Numbered from the stretch's first letter, positions 23,395 to 34,084 are shown. The stretch is DNA of 64,000 nucleotides from Synechococcus sp. (GCA_051439605.1 JBFRWN010000075.1:64570-128569), one strand, 5' to 3'. The notes: a model not told the origin generated them from the letters alone. Numbers and translations are program-made.

Positions 23395-24804
23395 ATGAGC
23401 TATCAATATCATCGCAAGCGCAGCAGTGCGATTGTCGTTGTCCGCCTGCTGGTCACGGGGTTGCTACTGTTCTGCGTGCCAGTTGCTCTGGAGGTGTTTG
23501 CCCGCCTCCTGGCACATTCAACTGGATTAGCTGAAGTGCTAGAGACAAATGAGCCCGTTCAATCGGCAATTGAGGAAGCATACCGATTACAACTCGGGCA
23601 TTCCAATTCAACTACTGCTGGCGACATTAATCTCACTAGCCCCAGGGAGAAAGAAAACCATTTGATAGCGGTCCCCAGTTCGTTTATGGGCTTTACCCTC
23701 CAGCCTTCGCAACAAAGCGAATATTGGGCCATTAATAGCAGCGGGTTTCGAGATGACGACGATCTCCCCATAAACAAACCCAGAGGGGAAATTCGCATTG
23801 CGATCGTTGGTGGCTCAGTTGCCTTTGGGCAGCTCAGTAGCAACAACAGCAGCACTATCGCCGAACAGCTAGAGACACAACTTAACGCTAGGGTCTCCGA
23901 TCAGCTGGATAACCCCGATCGCTATCAACCAGATATGCTACCGTTTTTTGCCGATCGCGTCTCCGCTGTACTGTCCTTGCCTCAACGCATTAGAGAGGGC
24001 AATTACCGCGCAATCAATGCAGGGGTTCCCGGCTATGCTTCCGGCAACGATTTGGCTCGTCTGACTCAGCAGGTAGCCGCCTACGATCCCGAGATCCTCT
24101 TGGTCTTAAATGGTTTCGACGATCTGTTCCTGCCCAGCGATCGCTTGGGTCTCGACGCTGCCCAAATCGGCGGTTCCGAGAGTCCGGCAGGACAAGGTTT
24201 TCTGAGCGCAATAAGAGAGGCGGCCATCAACTGGTTTGGCAATCTCATGTTGGTGCGAGGATTTCAATATTACGTCCTCGACCCAGTCGCAGAAACCCCG
24301 GCAAACCCAGCTCCTCAGCCCCTTAATTTGCTGGTTCCCAAGCAACAATGGGCCCAAGGCATACCCAAAGAAGACGCTGAATGGCAACAACGGTTGGATC
24401 GATATCGTCGAAATTTACTACAGATGGTCAGATTCAGTGCTGGCGCCGAGCGGAAGGTCCTGTTGGCTGTAGCGCCAGACATTACGGTGCGGGATGGCGA
24501 TGACATTTCCCCTCCAGAAGCAGCCATCCTGGAGGAAGTGGGGCAGTCTTATCAACAGCAGATGTCCCAAGCCTTCCCAAGATTGGCTGAGATCGCTCGA
24601 CAAGTGGCAGCACAATCGGAGTATGCAGAAGCGATCGACGTTTCTAAGGCTCTCAGCACGGCTGAAGGACAAATATTTCAGACCAGTACCGACTTTACCG
24701 ATCGGGGCCGCGCCCAGCTAGCATCCTTGCTTTACGAACATATTTCGACCCAACTCGTGGTGTTGCCCGCCCCATTCGACCCGAGCCGTTCCGATGCTCA
24801 ATAG
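23395..24804 (+). CDS. SGNH/GDSL hydrolase family membrane-anchored protein
   Basis: N-terminal TM, INSSGFR, RIAIVGGSVAFG (block I), INAGVPGYASG, LNGFDD. Confidence 0.8.
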   Translation: MSYQYHRKRSSAIVVVRLLVTGLLLFCVPVALEVFARLLAHSTGLAEVLETNEPVQSAIEEAYRLQLGHSNSTTAGDINLTSPREKENHLIAVPSSFMGFTLQPSQQSEYWAINSSGFRDDDDLPINKPRGEIRIAIVGGSVAFGQLSSNNSSTIAEQLETQLNARVSDQLDNPDRYQPDMLPFFADRVSAVLSLPQRIREGNYRAINAGVPGYASGNDLARLTQQVAAYDPEILLVLNGFDDLFLPSDRLGLDAAQIGGSESPAGQGFLSAIREAAINWFGNLMLVRGFQYYVLDPVAETPANPAPQPLNLLVPKQQWAQGIPKEDAEWQQRLDRYRRNLLQMVRFSAGAERKVLLAVAPDITVRDGDDISPPEAAILEEVGQSYQQQMSQAFPRLAEIARQVAAQSEYAEAIDVSKALSTAEGQIFQTSTDFTDRGRAQLASLLYEHISTQLVVLPAPFDPSRSDAQ

Positions 24805-24915
24805 ACCCAAGGGAACAACGGGCAGGTGGGGCCCCATCCAGACCCCCTGCGCCAATCTCGCAATTCGCAATTCTCTGTACACTGAGTAGGACATTTTTCG
24901 CTAGAGACAAAACCT

Positions 24916-25770
24916 GTGCAGCCTTCGACCACCTGGGAAATGGATTTTTTCTCCCGACCGCTGCTGGACAAGCGCGGCAAGCGGGTGTGGGAATTACTGG
25001 TGTGCGATCGCCATGGGGTCTACAAGCGACAGAGCTACTGTGCCAATACTCAAGCCACCACCCCTTGGGTGGCGGCCCAGCTTGAGCAATGGATCGAGGA
25101 AGCCCCTGTCAAACCAACGGTCATCCGGGCCTACCGCGAGCGTATGAAGACAATATTGCAGCGTTCCTGCGACAAGGTGGAGGTGCCCCTTCGCATGACC
25201 CGACGGGTGTTTGCCCTAGCTGACTGGATGCAGCAGAGGGCTAGAGAGATCTATCCCAACGAAGGTGATTACAGTTACGAACCGGAGAGCTTAACGATTC
25301 AGATTGAGACGGAGCGGGATGCCCCCCAACGGCTGCCGGATGCACTGGTGGCGGATAGTTGGGCCATGGTGACCTTGCGGGTGCAGGATATCCGCGAGGC
25401 GAGGGATTGGCCAAAGGAATTTGGCGAGCTATTTGGTATGGATTGGGATCGGCTCGATCCGGATGTGTTGGTACCGGGACTGTTGCTAGTGTCAAACCGT
25501 GCCCGCCCCATGGCTGCTTGGATGACCGGAGTGGAACCGGTCTTCCTCAAAGCGTTTGGCGGGGAACAGGGGGGATTGGTGTTAGAGGCGGGATCGAACG
25601 ATCGCTACGTTTTGGCTCGGTTCCACAATGAAGGGATGCGTAACGAAGGTAATCAGTTTGAAGGTCGCAAACTAGACGTACGCGGTCTCCACTTTCTGGG
25701 TATCCAATCAGACCCCGACGACAGGAAATTTGCAGGTTTCTGGATGTTGAGAGAAGTGGACCTCCCTTGA
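24916..25770 (+). CDS. Tab2/Atab2 family RNA-binding protein (DUF1092)
   Basis: WEMDFFSRPLLDKRGKRVWELLVCD, VPGL..S.RARPMAAWM, GLHFLGIQSDP...FAGFWML. Confidence 0.92.
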   Translation: MQPSTTWEMDFFSRPLLDKRGKRVWELLVCDRHGVYKRQSYCANTQATTPWVAAQLEQWIEEAPVKPTVIRAYRERMKTILQRSCDKVEVPLRMTRRVFALADWMQQRAREIYPNEGDYSYEPESLTIQIETERDAPQRLPDALVADSWAMVTLRVQDIREARDWPKEFGELFGMDWDRLDPDVLVPGLLLVSNRARPMAAWMTGVEPVFLKAFGGEQGGLVLEAGSNDRYVLARFHNEGMRNEGNQFEGRKLDVRGLHFLGIQSDPDDRKFAGFWMLREVDLP

Positions 25771-25951
25771 ATGTTTCGGGGGGGATAAAGCGACCGTCAA
25801 GTCGCTCAAGAGATCTCAGTTATCCAGTCCCTAACTTTGCATAGATTTTTCGGTCCTAACAGAGATGCCCAATGCTATGGAAGATTGAGTCAGAGACATG
25901 AGAAGCGATTGCAAATTGCCCAATCCCTACCACTCAGCGATCGTGGTAGTC

Positions 25952-26563
25952 CTACAGAACAGCGGAGTTTGCTGCTTGCAAATTCTTCAACTCTTGCAAA
26001 ACCTCTTGACTGTGCAGCGTAGGGGCCACAATTGGATAGACAGTCTGAAGTACCCCATCAGGATCGATGATGAACGTGTTACGCAGCGCCATCTCCCCTA
26101 GCCAAGAGCCATAGCGAGTACTGACTTCGCCCCCCGGATCGGATAGGAGCGGGAACTTCAGTCTTTCCGAATCGCAAAACTCTCTGTGGCTGGTCACCGA
26201 ATCTGCACTGATGCCAATAATTTCGGCGTCAATTGCGTTGTATTTGGGTAAGTCCTTCTGGAAACGACGGGCCTCTATGGTGCAGCCGGAGGTAAAGTCT
26301 TTGGGATAGAAGTACAACACCACCCAATGCCCCTGCCATTCTGATAGATGGCGGAGTTCTCCGCTCTCATCCAGCAGTTCGAAGTCGGGTGCCAGTTCCC
26401 CTTCCACTGGCAGCATAGTTGTCCCCCATTGCTCACCCCCTTGCAAGTCGGCGGCAGAAGCGGATATGTTCTCAAGCGTCAGCTTGAGGGGATTGAAGGA
26501 GTTCGGGCTGATTAGAAGGCATAGAACTGCAATGAAACCAACCATCCAGCGTACACATACCAT
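25952..26563 (-). CDS. peroxiredoxin Q / BCP with N-terminal signal sequence
   Basis: APDFEL, WVVLYFYPKDFTSGCTIEA, IIGISAD, RNTFIIDPDG. Confidence 0.92.
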   Translation of the reverse strand: MVCVRWMVGFIAVLCLLISPNSFNPLKLTLENISASAADLQGGEQWGTTMLPVEGELAPDFELLDESGELRHLSEWQGHWVVLYFYPKDFTSGCTIEARRFQKDLPKYNAIDAEIIGISADSVTSHREFCDSERLKFPLLSDPGGEVSTRYGSWLGEMALRNTFIIDPDGVLQTVYPIVAPTLHSQEVLQELKNLQAANSAVL

Positions 26564-26665
26564 TGCAATTCAAAAACGCAATATTACTGGATTCAGTGTA
26601 AGCGATTAGTTATTGGAGGGAATAGGGCGCTAATTACTTTGTGCCAACCGTAGTGTGTCTGTCGG

Positions 26666-27373
26666 TTAAGCGATATAGATCAAAATGAAATCTAGAGTTT
26701 GTTGTTTGAGATAGTTCTTATAGACGGCTGTCTCGCCAAATTTACTAAAAGAGTTATGACTCTGATGCTCCAATACCGCATCTATTTGCTTTTGAGTGAG
26801 CAGTTTTGCAGTTTTAAGATATTGTCCGATGGGTTGTTTTTGACTGACTGTCGGGATACAGAGCAGTGTGTCGGCGAAGAAGTCTACAGTTTCTTGCTGA
26901 ATCCAGCCTCTTAGAGCAAGGATTTCGCCAATTCGTAGATCGGTTCGATATTGGGCATCCATCAAGGCTACTTCGATCTGATGGGGACCGATCAAGCCGG
27001 CTTTGAGTAGAGCTTGTCCGAGCAGCAGTTTTGGAAGTAGAGGTGAGCTCGGCAGTATCTCATGTTTTTCGCTAGAAGGACCGACCCGCTGGGAAGAGTC
27101 GATCGATTCAACCGGGTGTAAGTGGGAAAAACTTTGCTGAGAGGCTTCTCTCTTAAGCTGGAGTTCATCCCATTCCTTGATAACAAGCTTTGCGAGCTGG
27201 GGGGAGAATCCATTGATTTTGCAAAGTCGTTCCTCGATCAGGGATCTTCGTTCCGGAAGGGGGATCTCAGTCCGCGTTACGTAAAAACGCTCGATTTCGT
27301 GAAGTGGACTAGCAACTGCAGCAGACCAACCGGAGGAACTAGGCGATAAGAGGTTCGATAGTTGTGAAAGCAC
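26666..27373 (-). CDS. hypothetical protein with MshEN-like motif repeats (paralogue 1)
   Basis: LGQALLKAGLI..RIGEILALRGWI..IGQYLKTAKLL..KFGETAV. Start placed at GTG 27373, which follows a CTGGAG RBS conserved in both paralogues. Confidence 0.7.
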   Translation of the reverse strand: MLSQLSNLLSPSSSGWSAAVASPLHEIERFYVTRTEIPLPERRSLIEERLCKINGFSPQLAKLVIKEWDELQLKREASQQSFSHLHPVESIDSSQRVGPSSEKHEILPSSPLLPKLLLGQALLKAGLIGPHQIEVALMDAQYRTDLRIGEILALRGWIQQETVDFFADTLLCIPTVSQKQPIGQYLKTAKLLTQKQIDAVLEHQSHNSFSKFGETAVYKNYLKQQTLDFILIYIA

Positions 27374-27825
27374 TTCCCCACGCTCCAGAAAGTTATCAAC
27401 CAAATGTCTTACTTGTGGACAACATTACACCAGGCGCTAGTGTATATACACAAGAATTTTACTTTATTGCCAATAATTGATTGATTTACGTAACTTTTCT
27501 GATTGTATTAAGGACTTGGTGTGTCTTTAACCGGTATAGTCTCCCCCAGTCTCTCAGGCCAATCTGCGTTGATTCTTTACAGAATCCCTTTGATAACATC
27601 GGGCTCGACGAACAAATCACTTGTAGTACTTCTAAGTCCAACCTCTCGCGCCAGAAAACCCTGAAATGTCTCTAGAGACTTTACAGTCGTGATATCTGTA
27701 TGGAATCAAACTGTACCGAACGCTCGTTCGCACTCGAGCAAGAGAAACGAATCCTCTACACATTTGCCCATCTCGGCCACCGAATGGTGTCCGAGGTTCA
27801 ATATTGACGGCAGTTAACAAAATGG

Positions 27826-28542
27826 TCAAGAAATGTAAGTCAGCAGGAAATCTAGGGTTTGTTGCTTGATGTAGTTCATAGAGACAGCTGTCTCTCCAAA
27901 TTTGCGAAAAGAGCCATTTAGCTGGCGGTCCAATACCAAATCAATTTGTTGCTGAGTCAAGAGTTTTGCGGCTTTAAGATATTGGCCGATACGCTCTTTC
28001 TGGGTGGCTGTCGCGATGTCGATTAATTGCTCAGCGAAGAAGTCTGCCGTCTCTTGCTGAATCCAACCTCGCAGAGCAAGAATTTCTCCAATTCTCAGAT
28101 CGCTTCGATATTGAGCATCCATCAAGGCCACTTCAATCTGATGAACACCGATCAAGCCAGCTTGCTGTAGGGCTTGGCCGAGTTGTATATGCGGGATAGA
28201 ATCGTGCTCGATCGAAATATCATCGTCCCATTCGGTCTCAAAACTGTCAAAACTGTCTATTTGAGAAGAATTGAGGGCTTTGCGACGTCGAGATTTAGGG
28301 CGACGCTTTTGCTTGATGAGTTCGGGATGGGCATCATCCCACTGTTTAACGATGGTTTTGGCCAGGTGAGGTGTAAACCCCTTCAATTGGCGGAGACGTT
28401 CCTTGGCAATAATCCGCCGCTTTTTAAGGGGTAATTCGGTGCTGTGGACGTAAAAGTTTTCAATTTCTTTTAAAGGGTTTGCAATAACGGCAGACCAGCC
28501 CGATTGCTTGGGTGAAATGAGGTTAGACAATATAGAAAGCAC
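27826..28542 (-). CDS. hypothetical protein with MshEN-like motif repeats (paralogue 2)
   Basis: Co-linear with 26666-27373 (QIEVALMDAQYR.DLRIGEILALRGWIQQET nearly identical). GTG 28542 after CTGGAG. Confidence 0.7.
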   Translation of the reverse strand: MLSILSNLISPKQSGWSAVIANPLKEIENFYVHSTELPLKKRRIIAKERLRQLKGFTPHLAKTIVKQWDDAHPELIKQKRRPKSRRRKALNSSQIDSFDSFETEWDDDISIEHDSIPHIQLGQALQQAGLIGVHQIEVALMDAQYRSDLRIGEILALRGWIQQETADFFAEQLIDIATATQKERIGQYLKAAKLLTQQQIDLVLDRQLNGSFRKFGETAVSMNYIKQQTLDFLLTYIS

Positions 28543-28795
28543 TTGCCCCAATCTCCAGCGGCTTGACAGACGAAAGTCTTATTTGTCTCCATATAATACA
28601 CGTTTTGAGAGTAAAATTACATAGGCGTGAGTATTATTTAGTGTTAAAACCGTATTTCTGCGTAGTCATCCCTGTTAAAACCATAAAGCAATGGGAGGGG
28701 AAGGGAGTTAGGAGGCTGAGGATCGCGGAAAAAGCGGAAAAGATTGCGAAAATTCATCGTGCCAACCCATCTGCTGAGTCAGGGAAAACATACTC

Positions 28796-29542
28796 ATGCT
28801 GCGACTGTTGAATCGACTGGTTATGTCCCTTTCCATCCTGATAGTTGCCAGTCTGCTGCTGTTTGGCTGGCTACTCTATCGGCAGCCCCGCTGGGCGTTG
28901 GATAGTATTACTCGCTGGTCCGAGGACCGGATGCTGTTTTACTTCGATACCGAAGAGCCCGTGGTTGCATTAACGATTGACGATGGGCCCGATCGCGAAA
29001 CAACTGTCCAGATTTTAGAGGTGTTGGAGAAGTATGACGCCAAGGCAACCTTCTTTTGGATTGGGGATCGTATTGAGGGAAACGAGGAGATACTTCGAGA
29101 GGCGGTGAAAGCTGGTATGGAAATGGGCAACCACATGATGGAAGACCGCATGAGCCTCACCCTGTTCCTCAATCATGAATTTACCGAGCCCTTCAAGATG
29201 ACAGAGAAGATAATTCTCGATGCAACGGGACTGGAGTCTCTGAGTTGGTTTCGTCCCGGTCGGGGACTGTTTGTACCCCAAATGCTTGAACTTGTACAGG
29301 AGAAAGGCTACGGGTCCGTACTCGCTTCTTGCTTTCCTTACGACACGCTCTTAGGGGATCCGCACTTTTCTGCAGACTTTATTCTCAATCGCGTTCAACC
29401 GGGGTCAGTTATTCTGCTGCACGATCGCGGGGAGCGGGGTCAACGAACGGTCGAAGCCCTAGAATTGCTGCTACCAGAACTGAATCAACGGGGCTACACA
29501 GTCACTACACTCTCTGAGCTAGCCGAACTCTCTCAAGATTGA
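28796..29542 (+). CDS. polysaccharide deacetylase (NodB/CE4 family)
   Basis: VALTIDDGP, ATFF, EMGNH, WFRPG, GSVILLHD, GY.VTTLSEL. N-terminal TM. Confidence 0.9.
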   Translation: MLRLLNRLVMSLSILIVASLLLFGWLLYRQPRWALDSITRWSEDRMLFYFDTEEPVVALTIDDGPDRETTVQILEVLEKYDAKATFFWIGDRIEGNEEILREAVKAGMEMGNHMMEDRMSLTLFLNHEFTEPFKMTEKIILDATGLESLSWFRPGRGLFVPQMLELVQEKGYGSVLASCFPYDTLLGDPHFSADFILNRVQPGSVILLHDRGERGQRTVEALELLLPELNQRGYTVTTLSELAELSQD

Positions 29543-29730
29543 AGGACCTCATGGGTATTTAGCGCCCCCTTGAGACGTGACAGGCAAGTTATCTTCAGCG
29601 ATATCTCACATCCTCTTCAAACTTTCATAAGGTTGCTAATCAGAGAGTGTTCTGTAATGGTCGAAGAGGATTGCAAGCCATACAGACTTCACCTGTAATC
29701 CAAATCACATCATCTCCCACCGGGTAACCT

Positions 29731-30762
29731 ATGACCTGCACCCAAAGCTCTTCATCTGTTGCCGATCGTTCTCTTTCCGATTGCGGCGATCGCCTATTCA
29801 TTCATTCCCTTGTCAACTCTGAAACCGCCCAGCAATCTGCCCGTCGGGATGCGATCGCGGGATTGAGCCAATCCCCCAAATCTTTGCCTCCCTACTTTTT
29901 TTACGACGATCGCGGATCGCAGCTATTCGAGCAAATCTGTCAGTTGCCGGAGTACTATCCCACCCGCATCGAAGCCATGATTTTGGAGAGCTACGCAGAC
30001 GAAATCGTCAGCATCACCGGTTCCTGCGAAATCGTTGAACTGGGTAGCGGCAGTTCCATCAAAACCCGCCTGCTGCTAAATGCCTACCAGACAGCTGGCT
30101 TCCCTTTACACTATTTACCCATTGACATCAGCGCGGGAATTTTGGAGCGCAGTGCAAAGGCGCTATTGCAGGACTATCCCCCCCTCACCATTCATGCCTT
30201 AGCCAGCACCTACGATCGCGGTCTGGAAAACCTACCTATCCCCATGTTGCCCAACCGGGCAATCGCCTTCATTGGCAGCAGCCTAGGCAATCTCGACTCA
30301 GCAAGCTGCGATCGGTTTTTGCAGGCGATCGCCTCAGCCTTAAACGCAGGGGAATTTTTCCTTTTGGGCATTGACCTGCATAAGGATACGGCCATCCTTG
30401 AGGCTGCCTACGATGACAGTCAGGGCGTTACGGCGGAATTCAACCTGAATATGCTGCAGCACCTCAATCACCGGTTTAACGGTAATTTTGACCTGAATGG
30501 GTTCGAGCATGTAGCCTACTACAACGAAGGCGATCGCCAAATTGAAATCTATTTAAAAAGCTTGGCAGCACAAACCGTGACACTAGCTGACCTCGACCTC
30601 ACCGTTCAATTCGAGGCAGAAGAGCTCATGCTGACGGAAATCTCTCGCAAGTTCGACATCGCCCACATGCAACAGCAACTGAGCGCATTCGGCCTCCTGC
30701 CAGTCAACGTATGGAGCGACCCCAAACAGCACTTTGCCCTCATTCTCTCCCAACGGTCCTGA
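29731..30762 (+). CDS. egtD: L-histidine N-alpha-methyltransferase (ergothioneine synthesis)
   Basis: KSLPPYFFYDDRGSQLFEQICQLPEYYPTR, VELGSGSSIKT, FIGSSLGN, AYDDSQGVTAEFNLN, TEISRKF. Confidence 0.93.
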   Translation: MTCTQSSSSVADRSLSDCGDRLFIHSLVNSETAQQSARRDAIAGLSQSPKSLPPYFFYDDRGSQLFEQICQLPEYYPTRIEAMILESYADEIVSITGSCEIVELGSGSSIKTRLLLNAYQTAGFPLHYLPIDISAGILERSAKALLQDYPPLTIHALASTYDRGLENLPIPMLPNRAIAFIGSSLGNLDSASCDRFLQAIASALNAGEFFLLGIDLHKDTAILEAAYDDSQGVTAEFNLNMLQHLNHRFNGNFDLNGFEHVAYYNEGDRQIEIYLKSLAAQTVTLADLDLTVQFEAEELMLTEISRKFDIAHMQQQLSAFGLLPVNVWSDPKQHFALILSQRS

Positions 30763-30814
30763 GGTCATCTTGTTTCAAGTTACGGGGAGGCGGGTTGTCT
30801 TCTTGTCCTGCCCC

Positions 30815-32332
30815 TCAGCTAGGCTCAATTGCGAAGTTCAACCCAATTTCAAACATTCGTTGCCAGGGTGAAAAGACGCCCAAATTCTTGATTTCCCAGT
30901 GCTGCCAGGAGTTTACAAACGTGCTGTCCCACAACTGCATTAGTCTTTCCGCCATCTCTCCATTCACAGCACCTACTTGGCCGTTGAAATCGTAATAGGA
31001 CGCGCCAATGGTGGGAAGAAAGTCTTCCAACAGCCCCCAGCGCACCACCGACTGATACCCCCAGTCATCTAGCAGGCGATACATAATGTTGAAGGCGATC
31101 GCCTTTGACTCCTGACTCTCCGCCCCCAATATCGCGGTTGCAATCGTACAGCCCAAGGTATTGCAGCAGGTATTCCATCCTCCATAGGCCAACAGCCGAT
31201 CCCAGTAGCCCCCACGGTCCAAGACAGTGACTAGCTCCGTATCTCCTCCATTGGCAAAGGCAACATCCGCAACGGCAATCTCTCGTCCTACAGCCAACTG
31301 CTCGCAAATGTGATTTGCAAACTCGGACAACTGGCGATCGTCCTCTCGACTGAGCGCAAATTGCTCTTTTGCCTCAATCATTGCTCCATAAGGGGTGTTT
31401 ACTGCTAACACCACATTTGCCTCATCCATCGTCGAGACAACCTCCCCCCCAGCAGCCTGGATATGCAGGCCAACGCTGTCCGCAATCGATCGATCCTCGT
31501 ACAGTGGAATACTCCGTGCCCCTTGCTCAGAGCGAAATAGTGGAAAGAGTTTTGTGACTCGTCCCGTTGCTTCACCATAGGCTCTAGCAAGCAGCGAACA
31601 ACCCACCTCATCTGCGCCAGGGTAGACAGGCACCTTATCCTCCAACCCCTCGAGCTGGATTTGTTGATAGACCTTCTCCCGATCGCTAGCCGTAAACCCA
31701 AATTCAGCACAGTCATCTTGGGGGATGGCCAGATAATCGAATACCCCCTCTGCAGCCATCTCCAGCGCAATTTGATTCACTTCTAAATTCTTACGGCGGC
31801 GATCGCGATAATCGTTTAAATACTCGGGCGGGACCTGCCTCTGGAGGAGAGCAAGCTGCTGTTGCTCTTCCTTATCTAACCCAATCCGAGCCTGTTTATC
31901 TATCAGCCATCCCCATCGAAAAATGCGTTCCCCAAAATCCTCGTAGTAATCGGGTTCTTCCTCACCGCTATCGTAGGTGGGGGTGCGCATAATTAAATTG
32001 CTAGCAAAGAGACTTGTTTCAGAAGACTGCTGCTTTAACCGGCGGAATCGCTGCAGACGATCGCTCAGCTCCTCTCTCGAGAAAGAATGCAAGCGTGACG
32101 GGAGCAAGCCTCCGTAAATCAACATTTCAAGCGACAGGATCGCGTAATCACTCCGTTGGACAGTTTCAAATAGCCATTGCCACAACCCATCAACATCAGC
32201 AGCTTGCTTCTTCTGACCCAGAAAGTGAGGAGGGGGGACAACAAGCCGGATAGAGGGCTGAAGGCGAGCGATCCCCTGGGGATAAAGGTAATTACAGGGT
32301 CGCTCGTCCAAAGGAACGTAGACAATTATCAT
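30815..32332 (-). CDS. DUF4127 family protein
   Basis: YVPLDERPCN, EMLIYGGLLPSR, PQDD, YPGADEVG, ADVAFANG, YGGWNT.CNTLG, RLLDDWGYQ, PW.RMFE. Confidence 0.85.
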   Translation of the reverse strand: MIIVYVPLDERPCNYLYPQGIARLQPSIRLVVPPPHFLGQKKQAADVDGLWQWLFETVQRSDYAILSLEMLIYGGLLPSRLHSFSREELSDRLQRFRRLKQQSSETSLFASNLIMRTPTYDSGEEEPDYYEDFGERIFRWGWLIDKQARIGLDKEEQQQLALLQRQVPPEYLNDYRDRRRKNLEVNQIALEMAAEGVFDYLAIPQDDCAEFGFTASDREKVYQQIQLEGLEDKVPVYPGADEVGCSLLARAYGEATGRVTKLFPLFRSEQGARSIPLYEDRSIADSVGLHIQAAGGEVVSTMDEANVVLAVNTPYGAMIEAKEQFALSREDDRQLSEFANHICEQLAVGREIAVADVAFANGGDTELVTVLDRGGYWDRLLAYGGWNTCCNTLGCTIATAILGAESQESKAIAFNIMYRLLDDWGYQSVVRWGLLEDFLPTIGASYYDFNGQVGAVNGEMAERLMQLWDSTFVNSWQHWEIKNLGVFSPWQRMFEIGLNFAIEPS

Positions 32333-32443
32333 GGCGGCCCTAATAACTGCGGTAGAACCTATTCAACCGCAGATTCCAATTAACAGCTGCTCTATCACGG
32401 CGTTTCATCAAGGCGCTAGAGATCTTTCTTTGAACTCCTCAGC

Positions 32444-32944
32444 CTATCCTTGCAGGTGCGCCTCCAGGAACCATAAGTCCTTATCGATTTGACGAGAGAT
32501 CTCGGTGTAAAGGTCGGCAGTATCGGCATCGCCATACTCTTCCGCCTTATCGATCGCCGCCCGCACATGAGTAGCGAACAGCCCGTACTGCCCAGCAAGG
32601 GCACTAACGTGTGCTTCTCCGGATACCGCCTGCAGATCGTACTCTGACAAACGAGAGTTACTGGCAGCAATACGAGCTGTGCCCATAGCAATTCCCCCCA
32701 GGGCCGTGACTCGCTCGGCCACCATATCTACATATCCCTCCAGAACCGTTGCGAACGCGTCAAACATTTCATGCAGGGAGATAAACTGCATACCTTTGAC
32801 ATTCCAATGGGCCTGCTTTACCTGAGTTTTGAGATCTAGCGTATCCGCCAACGTTTGATTCAGTAGCTCCACCAAGCGAACGCGTTGTTCTTCCGGAAGA
32901 CCCACTTGCGAGGCATATAAGCTTGTAGATGTTGCGACCACCAT
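32444..32944 (-). CDS. dps: DNA-binding ferritin-like protein Dps
   Basis: KQAHWNVKG..FISLHEMFD, DMVAERVTALGG, DTADL..ISRQIDK.LWFLEAHL. Start ATG 32944 after GAGG. Confidence 0.95.
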   Translation of the reverse strand: MVVATSTSLYASQVGLPEEQRVRLVELLNQTLADTLDLKTQVKQAHWNVKGMQFISLHEMFDAFATVLEGYVDMVAERVTALGGIAMGTARIAASNSRLSEYDLQAVSGEAHVSALAGQYGLFATHVRAAIDKAEEYGDADTADLYTEISRQIDKDLWFLEAHLQG

Positions 32945-33097
32945 AACTACGAACCTCAATATCGAAATGTGTTACCGAGCAACAGGCATAAGGCTAGGTA
33001 CAAGGCAGAAGTACACCGATAAAGGAATAAATCTGTCAACAGCCCAACTCGGAATCGGTATGACTTTATAATAGCACCTATTGATGAATTGCCAGAA

Positions 33098-34084
33098 TCA
33101 CTCATCAATTTCAGTCACCCTTAACTCGTAACGTGCTCCAGATTGCTTCGAATAGGGATTTGCTAAATACACCTCGTATTCACCTGCGTCCCACACCCCT
33201 TCTATGTATGGGTTATCTCCCGTACTGCACCACGATTCTCCATTGGGACCCAAAATGACTAAGGAAGTGGGTTCATCCGATGAGGCTAATACCTTGAGGA
33301 ATTGAAAGGGCTGCTCTAAAGTGAGTTGGTGGTCAGCTGAACTATCGACAAACCCTTCACAGTCCCCAGTCTCAGTTAGAGCGGTTCCCGCGACATCAAT
33401 GGCAGACAGAGAACCACCAACATAGCCGGTCCCAATAGCAGGATCGGGTTCAAAGCCAGGAGCAATTGATATCGGTTGATAGTCTTCTAAATTAATTTCT
33501 GAAATGAGTAATTCGTAGCGATCTCCCACTTCAGGAGCATCTGGATTGCCCACGTATACGTTATAGCGACCGGAACTCCAATAGTCCCCTTCCACAATTG
33601 GCTGTCGACCTACAGAACACCAGCGATCGCCCATTTCGCTTACAACTACCAATAAGACTGGCTCGGGACTTTCCACCGAAAAATTAAGGTGATTGAAGTT
33701 ATCTTGCAAATTCACTTTATGTGCTGGAGATTCATTCACAAATCCCACACAGGTTTCACTACTACCCTCTACACCAGCCAGTTGAGTCGCAGGGACGGTT
33801 CCTCCGGATAGTCCAGTACCAATTGCAGGATCGGGATAAAAGTCGGGAAGTAAATTGAAATTTCCGTAGTCACCTTCAGCGCTTTCAGCTGGGGAATTAC
33901 CCTTAAAGGTAGAAAGAACGGATTCAGCCCTTCCGCAAGAGGACAGACCTGCAGCAACCATAAACACACCTAACCCAAGCGGTAGGAATTTATTGACAGC
34001 AGGTCCAGCTTGGTAGTGGAATGCCCACCGTTCCAACTTCCTCAACCAAGCGAAGAATTGCACGTGCGAATTAGAGCAGAACAT
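33098..34084 (-). CDS. lipoprotein with two internal ~120-aa repeats
   Basis: Lipobox GLSSC. Repeat unit PDFYPDPAIGTG..C.GFV..H..L..F..L..W C..W..G.Y.VY..RYEL occurs twice. Confidence 0.75.
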   Translation of the reverse strand: MFCSNSHVQFFAWLRKLERWAFHYQAGPAVNKFLPLGLGVFMVAAGLSSCGRAESVLSTFKGNSPAESAEGDYGNFNLLPDFYPDPAIGTGLSGGTVPATQLAGVEGSSETCVGFVNESPAHKVNLQDNFNHLNFSVESPEPVLLVVVSEMGDRWCSVGRQPIVEGDYWSSGRYNVYVGNPDAPEVGDRYELLISEINLEDYQPISIAPGFEPDPAIGTGYVGGSLSAIDVAGTALTETGDCEGFVDSSADHQLTLEQPFQFLKVLASSDEPTSLVILGPNGESWCSTGDNPYIEGVWDAGEYEVYLANPYSKQSGARYELRVTEIDE

